Assembly: GCA_963765205.1 (NCBI GenBank)
Contig: CAVXVB010000005.1
Span: forward strand, 64,001 to 128,000
From: an uncultured Verrucomicrobiae bacterium
Lineage (GTDB): Bacteria; Verrucomicrobiota; Verrucomicrobiia; Opitutales; JABDGR01
Direction: 5' to 3'
DNA: 64,000 nt
In this document: in pieces, positions 1 to 9,505 of the stretch
How the letters are laid out: each line of letters opens with the position of its first letter
Numbering within the stretch: position 1 is the first letter of the stretch
The notes under the pieces: generated by a model
What the model saw: the letters and a program-made list of their open reading frames with translations, nothing else
What the model was told of the DNA's origin: nothing
Database searches by the model: none
Program-made: the position numbers and the translations under genes

Positions 1-1060
1 TGACTGGAAGCCCCTGCATCGGTTCAATTTCTTGGACAATCCCCATTTACCAGATTCGGCCAAGGCCAAAATCGTCTGCGATGTGGCGGCGGCGATGGGC
101 CAGCGGAGTGAGCAAAGTTTCTTTCGTATGCAAGCCCAGGTGCAAATGGAATTTGTTTTCAAGGCTTTGCGCTTTGCCGACGTGCCGGTGACTTTAGCGA
201 ACACCTACGATTTCATTACCTCCGAAAGTCAGTTTACGGAGATAATGAACATGCTGAAAAAGAATCCTTCGCCCCAGGCGGAGTTGGTGGCCGATCACTT
301 CCGCGAGAATTTTTTGACGCAACCCGGAGAGCAATTGGGCGGCGTCAAGACCACAGTGGCAAACTACCTGAAGCACTTTACGGAGCCGGATATTGAAGAA
401 GTCTTTTGCCCGAAAGAGTCCACTTTCAATTTCGATGATATTGACCGAGGGAAAATCATCTGTGTTTCCATCCCGCAACGCTTCGCGGTGGAAAGGCGCT
501 ATATCAATACGCTGCTCAAGCTGACGTTTTACGCCCATGCATTGCGCCGTTTCGACCGGCCCGCCGTCGAGCGAGCACGCGACAACCTGATTATTTTTTG
601 GGCGGATGAGGCCCAGAAAATCGTCACGGCAAGTGAAGATGGCATGAGTGATTACAACGTGGTGGACGTATTGCGGGAAGCTCGCGCCACTGTGGTTGCC
701 GCAACGCAATCCTATGCGTCGCTGATTCCGCCGATGGGTGATGAAAAGAAGGCCAAGGTCTTTATCGCGAATATGGCCAACCGGATTACCTTCTGCGCGG
801 CGGATGAGGATTCCGCCAAAATTGCGGCCGATACCCTGGGCAAGCGCAAGGCCCGGCGTCGCACGGTAGGCTACTCGCTGGGGAAACGATCCACCTCCTA
901 CACGGATGAGGACAAATATTTTATCGAACCTTATGAACTGCGGCATCTGCGGAAATTCCAAGCCGTCGTACAACACTGCGATTTTGGATTTCGCAAAGTA
1001 ACCATTCCCGCCCTCGGCACGGACGGGCGGATGCCGGCGTGGTATCGCAAAAGACTTTAA
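1..1060 (+). CDS. Type IV coupling protein (VirD4/TraD-like), C-terminal part; 5' truncated by window edge
   Basis: Frame is open from base 2. Walker-B-like WADEAQ followed by REARATVVAATQSYASL, typical of T4CP C-terminal domains. Upstream of a VirB-like operon. Confidence 0.8.
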   Translation, partial: DWKPLHRFNFLDNPHLPDSAKAKIVCDVAAAMGQRSEQSFFRMQAQVQMEFVFKALRFADVPVTLANTYDFITSESQFTEIMNMLKKNPSPQAELVADHFRENFLTQPGEQLGGVKTTVANYLKHFTEPDIEEVFCPKESTFNFDDIDRGKIICVSIPQRFAVERRYINTLLKLTFYAHALRRFDRPAVERARDNLIIFWADEAQKIVTASEDGMSDYNVVDVLREARATVVAATQSYASLIPPMGDEKKAKVFIANMANRITFCAADEDSAKIAADTLGKRKARRRTVGYSLGKRSTSYTDEDKYFIEPYELRHLRKFQAVVQHCDFGFRKVTIPALGTDGRMPAWYRKRL

Positions 1061-1065
1061 TCGCC

Positions 1066-2037
1066 ATGTCCCCTGAAACCGCCACCATTCCATTTTCCTC
1101 CGCGATTGTGCGAGCTGAGAAATTGCGCGGTCTGCGCCCGCATTTGGAAGCAAACATTCGGGGCCAGCCGCATGTCATGGAGCGCACTACTTCGGTTTTG
1201 ACGCGCGGGGAATTGGGCCTATCCCATCCCGGAAGGCCCAAAGGTTCGTTCCTCTTTGTTGGCCCTACCGGCGTGGGGAAAACTGAGCTTACCAACGTCT
1301 TTACGTCCTACCTTTTCGGCGAGCGGAAGCCGATTCGGTTTGATATGTCGGAATACCAGAATCAGTCTTCGGTGGAAAAGTTGATTGGACAGGCTGCCGA
1401 TCAAACAGGGCTGTTAGGCCGGGCGCTCGATGGCATCGCGGAAGGCACGTTGCTTTTCGACGAAATTGAAAAGGCGCATCCGCTCGTCCTGGATTTGTTC
1501 CTGCAAATGCTCGACGATGCGAGTATCACGTTCGCCACGGGTGAGCGGAAGAATCTATCTCGGTTCTATACGGTTTTTACGAGTAACATTGGCTCGTCCG
1601 AGGTTATGCGGATGACTTCCGCGCCGATGGCGACGGTGGAACGAACAGTGCTGTCGCGCGTCGGTCAGCAACTTCGCCCTGAATTGGTCGGGCGCATAAC
1701 CGAAAAGTTGGTGTTCGGTCGCTTGGGCTTCGACACGCAACGCGAGATTTGCGAGCTGATGATTGAGCGGGAACGCGCCCGGTTGCGCAACTTGGGCTTT
1801 GTCCTGGAAGCAAATGGCGAAGTCGTGGAATTCTTAATTCGGCGCGGTTTCCACAAAAATCTCGGTGCGCGGCCCATGCGTGCCGCAGTCGAACGTCATT
1901 TGCAGGATGCCATCGCGGAGGGGATGCTTTGCAATGGAGAAGGCTCTGGGCGCGTAGTTGTGGATGAGCGAAACGAACGTTTAGTGCTTCACCCCAATAG
2001 CCCTCCAATTTGCGACGATACCGTGACGACGCCGTGA
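1066..2037 (+). CDS. Stand-alone ClpA/ClpB D2-type AAA+ ATPase
   Basis: GQPH, FLFVGPTGVGKTE (Walker A), RFDMSEY, LLFDEIEKAHP, FTSN, RPELVGRI and GARPM are Clp D2-module motifs. No D1 or N-domain. ATG at 1066 follows the T4CP stop. Confidence 0.85.
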   Translation: MSPETATIPFSSAIVRAEKLRGLRPHLEANIRGQPHVMERTTSVLTRGELGLSHPGRPKGSFLFVGPTGVGKTELTNVFTSYLFGERKPIRFDMSEYQNQSSVEKLIGQAADQTGLLGRALDGIAEGTLLFDEIEKAHPLVLDLFLQMLDDASITFATGERKNLSRFYTVFTSNIGSSEVMRMTSAPMATVERTVLSRVGQQLRPELVGRITEKLVFGRLGFDTQREICELMIERERARLRNLGFVLEANGEVVEFLIRRGFHKNLGARPMRAAVERHLQDAIAEGMLCNGEGSGRVVVDERNERLVLHPNSPPICDDTVTTP

Positions 2038-2145
2038 AAACACGGTGAACCTCTCTCTACAAATTTGAAACCAAGCCTAATGCAAGGTAGGTTAGGCAAA
2101 GTCACTTTTCCCCTCAAAAGCTTTTGACTCAAATGACTCCGCACT

Positions 2146-3072
2146 ATGAATGCCGTTTGCATCGAACTCGTCCCAACGCGCTCGCGGGCGGGGAGTCGAA
2201 ATGTTCAACGGCCAAATTTGACCATGCAGCCCTTTGGCCCGTGGCTTTGCCATGGTGAAGAAGTCAGTGTCTATTATACGAGGTTGAAGCCGAATAGTTG
2301 GCCGAAGCACAATCATAGGCACGCTGAACTGCTGCTTACCTTTGATTCGGCTCAGGGTGAGATTGTCTGGGAGAAAGGCGCGGATTGCACGCGGCGGCAA
2401 CTGCTGGGGCCGCATCAATTCTGTTTGATTCCACCCAATGTGCCGCACGCTTGCGAATGGAAGCGTGCGGCTGATGTCGTGGTGGTGTTTTTTGGCGAAG
2501 GGCTGCTCAAATCGCAAGTGCGCCAGCCGCAAGGCAACGTGGTGGTGGGTGATTTTCGACCGCTTACCCGATTGGATGGATGCCTATGGTCGTTGGGGTG
2601 CATTTTTCACGATTTGTGCCACAAAAAGGAAAGACCGTCTGCCGACTTCATCGAAGGTGTCGGAACCGCCTTGGCCTCGCGCACGCTTGAATTGCATTTT
2701 AACGCTAATCAACGGGGTGTAAGGCCGCAACCCGGATTGCCGGACCATGTGCTGCATCGGGTGGTCACGTATATTGACGGGCATTTGAACGAATCCATCA
2801 CGGTAAGCGATATGGCCCGTCAAGCGGCATTGGGAGTTGATCGCTTCACCCAACTCCTGAAAATCACCACCGGCGCGTCGCCGCTGCAATTTCTTTTGAA
2901 ATGCCGGGTTGAAAAGGCGCTGGAACTTTTACGCACCGGAAAATTTCGCGTGGGGGAAGCGGCCTGCCAGGTGGGATTCTGCGACCAAAGCCATCTCGAC
3001 CGGCACTGCCGAAAAATTTTCGGATGTGCGCCTAAGACGGCGATTACAGCACATGAACGGGAATCGTTCTGA
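2146..3072 (+). CDS. AraC-family transcriptional regulator (cupin + double HTH)
   Basis: N-terminal HNH..E / IPPNVPH cupin motifs. C-terminal RVEKALELL...GFCDQSHLDRH..IFG.AP AraC signature. Confidence 0.9.
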   Translation: MNAVCIELVPTRSRAGSRNVQRPNLTMQPFGPWLCHGEEVSVYYTRLKPNSWPKHNHRHAELLLTFDSAQGEIVWEKGADCTRRQLLGPHQFCLIPPNVPHACEWKRAADVVVVFFGEGLLKSQVRQPQGNVVVGDFRPLTRLDGCLWSLGCIFHDLCHKKERPSADFIEGVGTALASRTLELHFNANQRGVRPQPGLPDHVLHRVVTYIDGHLNESITVSDMARQAALGVDRFTQLLKITTGASPLQFLLKCRVEKALELLRTGKFRVGEAACQVGFCDQSHLDRHCRKIFGCAPKTAITAHERESF

Positions 3073-3119
3073 AAAATCCCGGAATCATCCAAGACGGTTT
3101 AAGTGAAGTGAGGTAGGTT
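3058..3119 (+). promoter_or_regulatory. Putative AraC-activated promoter of the T4SS operon
   Basis: GGAATCGTTCTG (3060) and GGAATCATCCAA (3081) are direct repeats 21 bp apart. A possible -10 TAGGTT lies at 3114, just upstream of the pilin gene. Confidence 0.4.
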
Positions 3120-3133
3120 TGGGCACATTCGCC

Positions 3134-3460
3134 ATGAAAACTATCCTAAAACTTATTCCTGTTTTGATTTCGCTCCAGCCGCTGCAAAGCCGCGCCGGGG
3201 TGCTGCCAGCACCGATGCTGGCGCAAGTGTCGGGCACGCTCAAGCAATCCATGCAAGCCGGGTTGGGCGTGATGTTCCTCTTCGGCTTCCTCTGGGGTGT
3301 CGTCAAAATCTGGTCGGGTGCAGATCGAATGTCGAAAGGGGACGTGGATGGGAAAATGGGCATCGTTGCCGGTATTATCATCGCGGGCGCCGCCGCCATC
3401 ATGGGCGCTCTGTTCGCAATTTTCGGCATGGGTGACGGGGTGTTGACGCCACAATTCTAG
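3134..3460 (+). CDS. VirB2/TrbC-like pilin
   Basis: Signal-like N-terminus plus two hydrophobic helices. First gene of the T4SS operon, ahead of VirB3/VirB4-like genes. Confidence 0.65.
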   Translation: MKTILKLIPVLISLQPLQSRAGVLPAPMLAQVSGTLKQSMQAGLGVMFLFGFLWGVVKIWSGADRMSKGDVDGKMGIVAGIIIAGAAAIMGALFAIFGMGDGVLTPQF

Positions 3461-3471
3461 CCTCACTCGCC

Positions 3472-3813
3472 ATGAGCGAATTGCGCATAACGGACACGAA
3501 TAGCGCAAACGACAGCAAAGGGCGCGCGTTCGGATTGGAGGGCAACGATTTTATCTACGTCCTCGTGGCTTTCGTCACTTCCCTCGGTCTCTACATCCTC
3601 CTCACCGCCTTATTTGGCATCGGTAAAATTGCCGCATTAGTCCTCGTCCTACCCTTCCTGCTTGGCCCGCTGGCCTGGGTGCTGCTTCTGCGGCACAACA
3701 AACCGGAAGGCTACGCGAGAGATTGGTTTGATCAAAAATTCAACGGAGAAGGCTGGTCGTTTGTTGTTCAAACGCAACCCGCCCCCCACCAACGCCGTGA
3801 ACGCCGCACCTAA
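3472..3813 (+). CDS. VirB3-like membrane protein
   Basis: 113 aa with two TM segments, located between the pilin and the VirB4-like ATPase. Confidence 0.6.
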   Translation: MSELRITDTNSANDSKGRAFGLEGNDFIYVLVAFVTSLGLYILLTALFGIGKIAALVLVLPFLLGPLAWVLLLRHNKPEGYARDWFDQKFNGEGWSFVVQTQPAPHQRRERRT

Positions 3814-6415
3814 TGGATATTTTGCCGATGGGCTGATACTCTTCGGCTCGCTGGAGAAAGGCGGCTGCGCGGCCAAAGGCTACGTCCTCCAGCCGCCAGA
3901 CTTGCGGGGCGGCAGCGTGTCGAATCTGAATGCCTACCAGGACAAGATTCGTAGTTTGCTGGCGAACGTCTCGGTCGGAATGCGGGTGCAACTCCAATGG
4001 ACGTGCAATTGCGATTACAAGAAGGAGCTAACCCGGTATTTCCGGGAAACGGAAAAGGTAACTCATCCGCATATCAAGCGGGTGCGCACGGAACGGTTTC
4101 AACGGTTTTGGGACAGGATGCACCGCCGCGAGCTGCGACGGGAAAATTTGGTGCTTTTCGTAACGACGGCAATTACGAGTTATTCGGGAAATGTCAAAGG
4201 TCACGATGCGTTGTTGCGCTATTACGAAAAGCTCTTGGGACAACTGCGCGGCCAGTTTGACGAATTGACGGGCACGCTGCGAACGATTTTCGGCGGCGAT
4301 ACCCCGGTGACGCCGATGGGCGATATTGAGCATTACGTTTACTGCAAGAAATTCCTCAATCCGTCGCTGGCGGATCGTTTCGACGTGGATTTTGAGGCGC
4401 AATTCAACCCGGCTTTGTCGCTGCAAGAAAACTGCTGGAATTCGGACGGCGTAAGTCTGCCAAAAATCGGTTTTTATTTCGATGGCCTCTATCATACGAT
4501 TTACACGCTCAAGCGTTGGCCGAGTCGAACATACCCTGGCATTATTCACCGGCTAACCGGATTGTCGTTTCTCGACTATCAAATCACGGTCAACATAGAA
4601 CCGCTGCCCGCTAAGCGCGAAGTCGAGAAGGAGGAAAAGGCCATTGAACGGCTGCGCGGGGAATACGAAGATTCGGAGCGGCACTCGCTGTTGGTCGCCA
4701 TTGGGAAAAAGGAGAAGAAGATTGAATCGCTTTCGACCGGCTTCATCAATGCCTTCGCCGTTACTTACATTTTTCGCGTCTGGGATGAAAGCGAGTCGGC
4801 GTTAAGCGCGAAGTGTGCCGCGATCAAAAATGCAATCAATTCGATGGGTGGCGCACAGTATTACGAGTGCGCCCTTCCTTCGACGGCCAAAAAGCTGTTT
4901 TTCGCCTCCTGGCCGGGCTGGACTGGCTCCGATTACCGCTACCGCAACCTTTACGGGGAGGATGCCTACTTGGCGGACATGCTACCGTTTTCGGCCACGT
5001 TCACCGGGCATCTGGACGAGGCAGAAGCAATCTACGATGGCTCTCAAAACAATCTCGTCGGCTTGCGCACCTTCCTTGGCTCGCCGCCAACGCCGCAACA
5101 TACGGTTCTTATCGGCGCAACGGGCGCGGGCAAATCCGTGCATATGCGGGACTTTTTGGAGCAAACGGCCTGTTATTACGATTACACGGTCTTGATTGAA
5201 GAGGGTTTGTCCTACAAGGCGTTCACGCAAGCCCTGGGAGAGCGGCCAATCATCCTGCACCCGGATGGTGATTTGACCATTAACTATTTCGACACGGGCG
5301 GCTTGCCGCTCGGTCAATTGCAACTGGCGACTGCCGTGGCTCTGGTCGCCCGGATGATTGGCGAAGCGCCCGGTGTCGAGGCGCAGCAAATCCGTCAAGC
5401 GTTGCTGGCCCAATACATTACCCAGCTCTATGAGGATACTTTTGAGGAATGGGCGAAGCGGCATCGCGAGCTGGTGCCGGGCATCGAGCGGATGGCCTGT
5501 GCCACGCATCGTTGGAAGCTCGAAAAAATGGGATTGGGTGCAACGGAATTAGAAGCCTTCGCGGAACTGCGTGACCGTCAAAAGGCAAATGACGATGAGG
5601 CCCTACAATTCATCGCCGCGATTACTGAGGGGGAGATTACCAAGTTCCTCAAGCAACCTCAAACGGAACGTTCGGTGGTGGCAATGGCGCACGCGCATTA
5701 TCGCCGGGAAGATTTTCCGGTTCACGCGAGTCTCGTTGAATTGATGCAATTCTCCCGATTCCCCGAGCACAAGAAAGAGGAAATTGACCATTTGGCTACG
5801 TTGCTCTCCGCCTGGACGGCGCAAGGGCATTATGGCCGGCTGTTCGATGGCCCCACGAATGTTTCCCTTACGGGCAAGATTGCCCATTTTGAACTCGGTT
5901 ATATCCCGGAACAGGCCACGGAATTGAAAACCGCTGCGGGGCTGCTGGTCAGTGGCTTTGCTCGGCAGCATATCATCAGCCTGCCTCGGGCTCTCTGGAA
6001 ACGGGTGGTTTACGAGGAATTGGCGCGGTTTCTCGACGTGCCGGGCGGGGAGAAAATTGTCGCGGAGTCCTACGCGCAATTGCGCAAGTTCAACTGCTGG
6101 ACGGCCTCCATAGTCCAGCAATACAGCAAGTTCAAGGATACGCGGATTCGTCCGGTCGTCATTGGTAACAGCAAGCAATTCTTCTTGATGCGGCAGTTTG
6201 ACCGGGCCGATGTGGAAGACATTGCACTGGCGATCAATCTGCCGGAGTCGGTCTGCGCCTCCATCCAGAATTATCCCATGCCGGAGCAACAACCGACCGA
6301 CCGGAAATTCTCCAGCATCTGCTTTTTCAGCCCGGTCACAGATCCGCCGCTGTGCGGCACGGTGCGCAACGTTCAACCGCCCAAGGAGGTTTCCCATGAA
6401 AAAGTCGCGGTCTAA
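3797..6415 (+). CDS. VirB4-like conjugative ATPase
   Basis: About 870 aa. Walker A GATGAGKS, Walker-B-like VVYEELARF, AQLRKFN..IVQQ. The GTG start at 3797 overlaps the previous gene (start inferred). Confidence 0.85.
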   Translation: MNAAPNGYFADGLILFGSLEKGGCAAKGYVLQPPDLRGGSVSNLNAYQDKIRSLLANVSVGMRVQLQWTCNCDYKKELTRYFRETEKVTHPHIKRVRTERFQRFWDRMHRRELRRENLVLFVTTAITSYSGNVKGHDALLRYYEKLLGQLRGQFDELTGTLRTIFGGDTPVTPMGDIEHYVYCKKFLNPSLADRFDVDFEAQFNPALSLQENCWNSDGVSLPKIGFYFDGLYHTIYTLKRWPSRTYPGIIHRLTGLSFLDYQITVNIEPLPAKREVEKEEKAIERLRGEYEDSERHSLLVAIGKKEKKIESLSTGFINAFAVTYIFRVWDESESALSAKCAAIKNAINSMGGAQYYECALPSTAKKLFFASWPGWTGSDYRYRNLYGEDAYLADMLPFSATFTGHLDEAEAIYDGSQNNLVGLRTFLGSPPTPQHTVLIGATGAGKSVHMRDFLEQTACYYDYTVLIEEGLSYKAFTQALGERPIILHPDGDLTINYFDTGGLPLGQLQLATAVALVARMIGEAPGVEAQQIRQALLAQYITQLYEDTFEEWAKRHRELVPGIERMACATHRWKLEKMGLGATELEAFAELRDRQKANDDEALQFIAAITEGEITKFLKQPQTERSVVAMAHAHYRREDFPVHASLVELMQFSRFPEHKKEEIDHLATLLSAWTAQGHYGRLFDGPTNVSLTGKIAHFELGYIPEQATELKTAAGLLVSGFARQHIISLPRALWKRVVYEELARFLDVPGGEKIVAESYAQLRKFNCWTASIVQQYSKFKDTRIRPVVIGNSKQFFLMRQFDRADVEDIALAINLPESVCASIQNYPMPEQQPTDRKFSSICFFSPVTDPPLCGTVRNVQPPKEVSHEKVAV

Positions 6416-6824
6416 ATTTCTCTGGCTACTCTTGCTGCCCCTGTTCGCTTTAGCGGGCTGCGCGTCCGGCATGGGCGGCGCGGCGTCGGACATTGGGCTA
6501 ACCGGGGCTGGTGGCGCGGTCGGCTATGAGGTGTCCGGTGGCAAAATCGGGGGCACTGCCATTGGCGCGGGTGCTGGCTACCTCGCGTCAAAAATCGCGC
6601 AGTCGCAATTTGCGAATGCTACCCAGGAAGCGGACAAGGCCGGATTCGACCGCGCCATGAATCAAGCGGTGAAGCAGCAATACTGGATTATCCAAAACCA
6701 GCAAAAATCCACGGTCGTGGCTGATGAGCGGAATCCGCGTCTCGTGCCGGTGGTCATTCCTGAATCCAACATCAACGGCGTCGTTCAAAATTCCCATGTT
6801 GAATATCTATCCATCGAACCATGA
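6396..6824 (+). CDS. T4SS-associated lipoprotein with glycine zipper
   Basis: AAGGAGG RBS, lipobox LAGC, GAGGAVG...GGTAIGAGAG. Confidence 0.65.
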   Translation: MKKSRSKFLWLLLLPLFALAGCASGMGGAASDIGLTGAGGAVGYEVSGGKIGGTAIGAGAGYLASKIAQSQFANATQEADKAGFDRAMNQAVKQQYWIIQNQQKSTVVADERNPRLVPVVIPESNINGVVQNSHVEYLSIEP

Positions 6825-7603
6825 AAACTTACCTCTTACTTCTTTTTCTCGTGCCGGTAACGGCTTTCGGTCAATACCCGGTTTTCGACGGTGCCAATCT
6901 GGCTAACAATCAGTCGGCGCACGCCGAGGATATTGCCAAGTGGGTGCAAAGCATCGCGCAGTTGAAAACGCAAATAGACCAGTTGAACCAGCAAATCAGC
7001 ATCCAAAGCGATATTCGCCAGTGGCAGGGCGATCCGGTGGAAGCGGGCGCAAAGGTGGTGCTGGTGGGCCTCGGGCAGCAGGATTTGGCCCAGCAATACG
7101 GCCAGATAAAGACGGTTCTACTTAGTCTCGTAAACAGCGTGGCGTCGTTGACGAACACCGGCCAGGGCACTTACCGGCCAATCAACGATGTCGATTTAAG
7201 CGGCAACGCGTTCCAGCCGGACCCGTTGACGCATCGCCGCTATTCGGTATTGGACGCCGCGCAAGCGAACTCTGACCAAGTTACGGATGAAACGAAGGCT
7301 CGGGAAGATATTTTACAGGCCGATATTGCCGCCACACTCGCCCAATTGGCGACGGCCTCGACGGATGCCGAGGCGCAAAAACTGACCGCAAAGCTGATTG
7401 TGTTGAATGGGCAGCTTGCCCAGGTGGAGGCAACGCAAAAGCGGGAAGCGGATGCCGTCACATTGCAAAAGGTCGCGAACGATTCGCGCAAGGATGAGGA
7501 AATTCAGGCGGCGGCAGAACTTGAGATGCAGGACGATTATTTAGCGAACCAACGGGTCACGGCCTACATGCACACTATCAAACTGAGGACAACCACGCCA
7601 TGA
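6821..7603 (+). CDS. VirB5/TrbJ-like protein
   Basis: Signal peptide then YPVFD..N, Gln-rich coiled coil, located before the VirB6-like gene. Confidence 0.65.
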   Translation: MKTYLLLLFLVPVTAFGQYPVFDGANLANNQSAHAEDIAKWVQSIAQLKTQIDQLNQQISIQSDIRQWQGDPVEAGAKVVLVGLGQQDLAQQYGQIKTVLLSLVNSVASLTNTGQGTYRPINDVDLSGNAFQPDPLTHRRYSVLDAAQANSDQVTDETKAREDILQADIAATLAQLATASTDAEAQKLTAKLIVLNGQLAQVEATQKREADAVTLQKVANDSRKDEEIQAAAELEMQDDYLANQRVTAYMHTIKLRTTTP

Positions 7604-7860
7604 ACATAAAACGTCATATCACCGTTGTACTGCTGCTCGCCTTTGTGCTCGGCGGTGCCGCCTGCTCGAAAAAAGACGATACGAACGAGAAGCAGCGCCT
7701 TGCACAGGAACAGCAAGATGAGCGGGACGCTGCGATAGCGAACAAGGCGATTTCGGACAACAATAGGAACGCCCTTGGGCGCAAGCCGCCAAATTTTGAT
7801 TTGGGCTTACCGCCCGTGATGGACAACGGGACGGCGCAAACTCAAACGCAACAACCTTAA
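7600..7860 (+). CDS. Small lipoprotein, candidate entry-exclusion (TrbK/Eex-like)
   Basis: Lipobox GAAC, 86 aa. Sits between VirB5-like and VirB6-like genes, as trbK does. Confidence 0.5.
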   Translation: MNIKRHITVVLLLAFVLGGAACSKKDDTNEKQRLAQEQQDERDAAIANKAISDNNRNALGRKPPNFDLGLPPVMDNGTAQTQTQQP

Positions 7861-7866
7861 ATTATC

Positions 7867-8817
7867 ATGGAAATCTTTCTTCCAACGCTGGAAAGCAAAA
7901 TGACGGCCATCGTGGTCGCCTTTCGTTTTGTCGTTTTTGCGATAATGGTGGCGGGATTGATTGGGTATGCCTCCACTGGTCGTGCGCAAGGGGCCGGACT
8001 ATTCGGGCCATTGTTCCGCGCCCTCATAATCGTTACGGCCATCGCATTTCAGGATACATGGTTTCCGCAAGTGGAAAATACCTTCCTCTCGGTCTCCGAG
8101 TATATTGACCCCGGCTATAACGCCAATCCAACTTCCTCGGCGGATGCCATACGCGAATCCACCACGACGAATCCGCAAGGCCAGTCGTGGTCATGGCGGC
8201 GGCTCAACCAATCCATCTACCAGGCGGTCACAAACGCGCTCGCGAATGTTTTCATTTACATCGGCACGCTGATTACGGTCCCGATGCTGATTCTCCAATA
8301 CGTCCTGCGTTGGCTGCTGTATATGCTGACGCCGTTTGCGTTGGCTATGTTTATGGTGCCGGGGTTTAGCGGGATAGCCATACGGTTCTTTCAACAATTA
8401 TTGGCGATTTTAGCGTGGCCGGTCGGATTCGCCATAACGAACCTCGTTGCTCTGGCCGTTTGGCAAGATTTTCGCAACGCGGTGGGAGCCAATCCACAAA
8501 CCGTCAGTGATGCCCTCTATTCGCCTCTTTTGACCTTCATGGGGGGAATCCTGGCTACGATTATGATTATCGTGGGGATGGTCTCGACGCCCATTGTCAT
8601 GCAGATGCTCTTTGCGCAAGGCCATGCCTTTACCGGGTCGTCGGGCAATCCCATTTCCATTATCCGCGGCAGTGCCAGTGTCCTTTACGGCGTCGGCGAC
8701 CGCCTGGTAGGTCGTCGCGGTCGTGGCGCCCTCCTCGCGCCGCAGCAGGGGGCTGCGCAACCGTCAACCCCGCCTAACCCGCCGCCGATGGGGGCTGATC
8801 CCCGGCCCGGAATATGA
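7867..8817 (+). CDS. VirB6/TrbL-like polytopic membrane protein
   Basis: Multiple TM helices, a low-complexity Gly/Pro C-tail, and synteny. Confidence 0.7.
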   Translation: MEIFLPTLESKMTAIVVAFRFVVFAIMVAGLIGYASTGRAQGAGLFGPLFRALIIVTAIAFQDTWFPQVENTFLSVSEYIDPGYNANPTSSADAIRESTTTNPQGQSWSWRRLNQSIYQAVTNALANVFIYIGTLITVPMLILQYVLRWLLYMLTPFALAMFMVPGFSGIAIRFFQQLLAILAWPVGFAITNLVALAVWQDFRNAVGANPQTVSDALYSPLLTFMGGILATIMIIVGMVSTPIVMQMLFAQGHAFTGSSGNPISIIRGSASVLYGVGDRLVGRRGRGALLAPQQGAAQPSTPPNPPPMGADPRPGI

Positions 8818-8830
8818 AGAAAGCTTTGCC

Positions 8831-9505
8831 ATGGATGCTGAAACCACCGCAACCGGCCTGCACGAAAGCCCCGTGGATCAAACCCGCCAGCTTCCGGCGG
8901 CCAAGCGTGCGCGTTTTTCGCCAGTGCGTCTCTTTGCGGACAATGCGTTTGCGGCACGCCTGTGGTTTCTTGTGGCCTGCGGCGCATTGGCGTTCTGTGT
9001 AATCCAACCCTACCTTATTATCTCGGCCTATCGGACAAGGGAGCGGGTCGTCGTGTTGGACGGCGCGGGAACCTTTTCAGTTTCGCCGTTGCTGGGCTTT
9101 GAGGAGGCCAAGGATTTGCATGAGGCCATCGCCCTGTGGGCCACGCTGGCGCTTTTTGAGCGCAATCCCAAAGACTTTGATTACCCGGAAATGCTGCAAC
9201 GCCTGTATCTCGCGGATGCCTTTCAAAAGGCGGAGGCTGACCGTGACAAGTCGCGGGACGAATTTGCCGTAAAGTCCATTCACCAAAAGCCGGAAGTCTT
9301 CAAGATAGACATTCTGCAAACCCGCGACAACCAGGTGCTCGTCAAGGTGGAAGGCCAATTGATTCGCACAGGCATTTTTGAAGGCCAGTCATTCGCGGAA
9401 TCTCCAAAATTTACGCTCACCCTTACTCTGGTGCGAAACCCGGACATGTTCGCCAATAAACGCTATCCCCTCGGTGTATGGAAATTCGACTACACTTTAA
9501 ATTAG
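8831..9505 (+). CDS. VirB8/TrbF-like protein
   Basis: Single N-terminal TM then VVVLDGAG. Ends VRNP...YPLGVWKF, resembling the VirB8 NPLG motif. Confidence 0.65.
   Translation: MDAETTATGLHESPVDQTRQLPAAKRARFSPVRLFADNAFAARLWFLVACGALAFCVIQPYLIISAYRTRERVVVLDGAGTFSVSPLLGFEEAKDLHEAIALWATLALFERNPKDFDYPEMLQRLYLADAFQKAEADRDKSRDEFAVKSIHQKPEVFKIDILQTRDNQVLVKVEGQLIRTGIFEGQSFAESPKFTLTLTLVRNPDMFANKRYPLGVWKFDYTLN

Noticed and set aside
1066..2037. ClpV of a type VI secretion system
   Set aside because: Single AAA+ module only, and no T6SS genes nearby.
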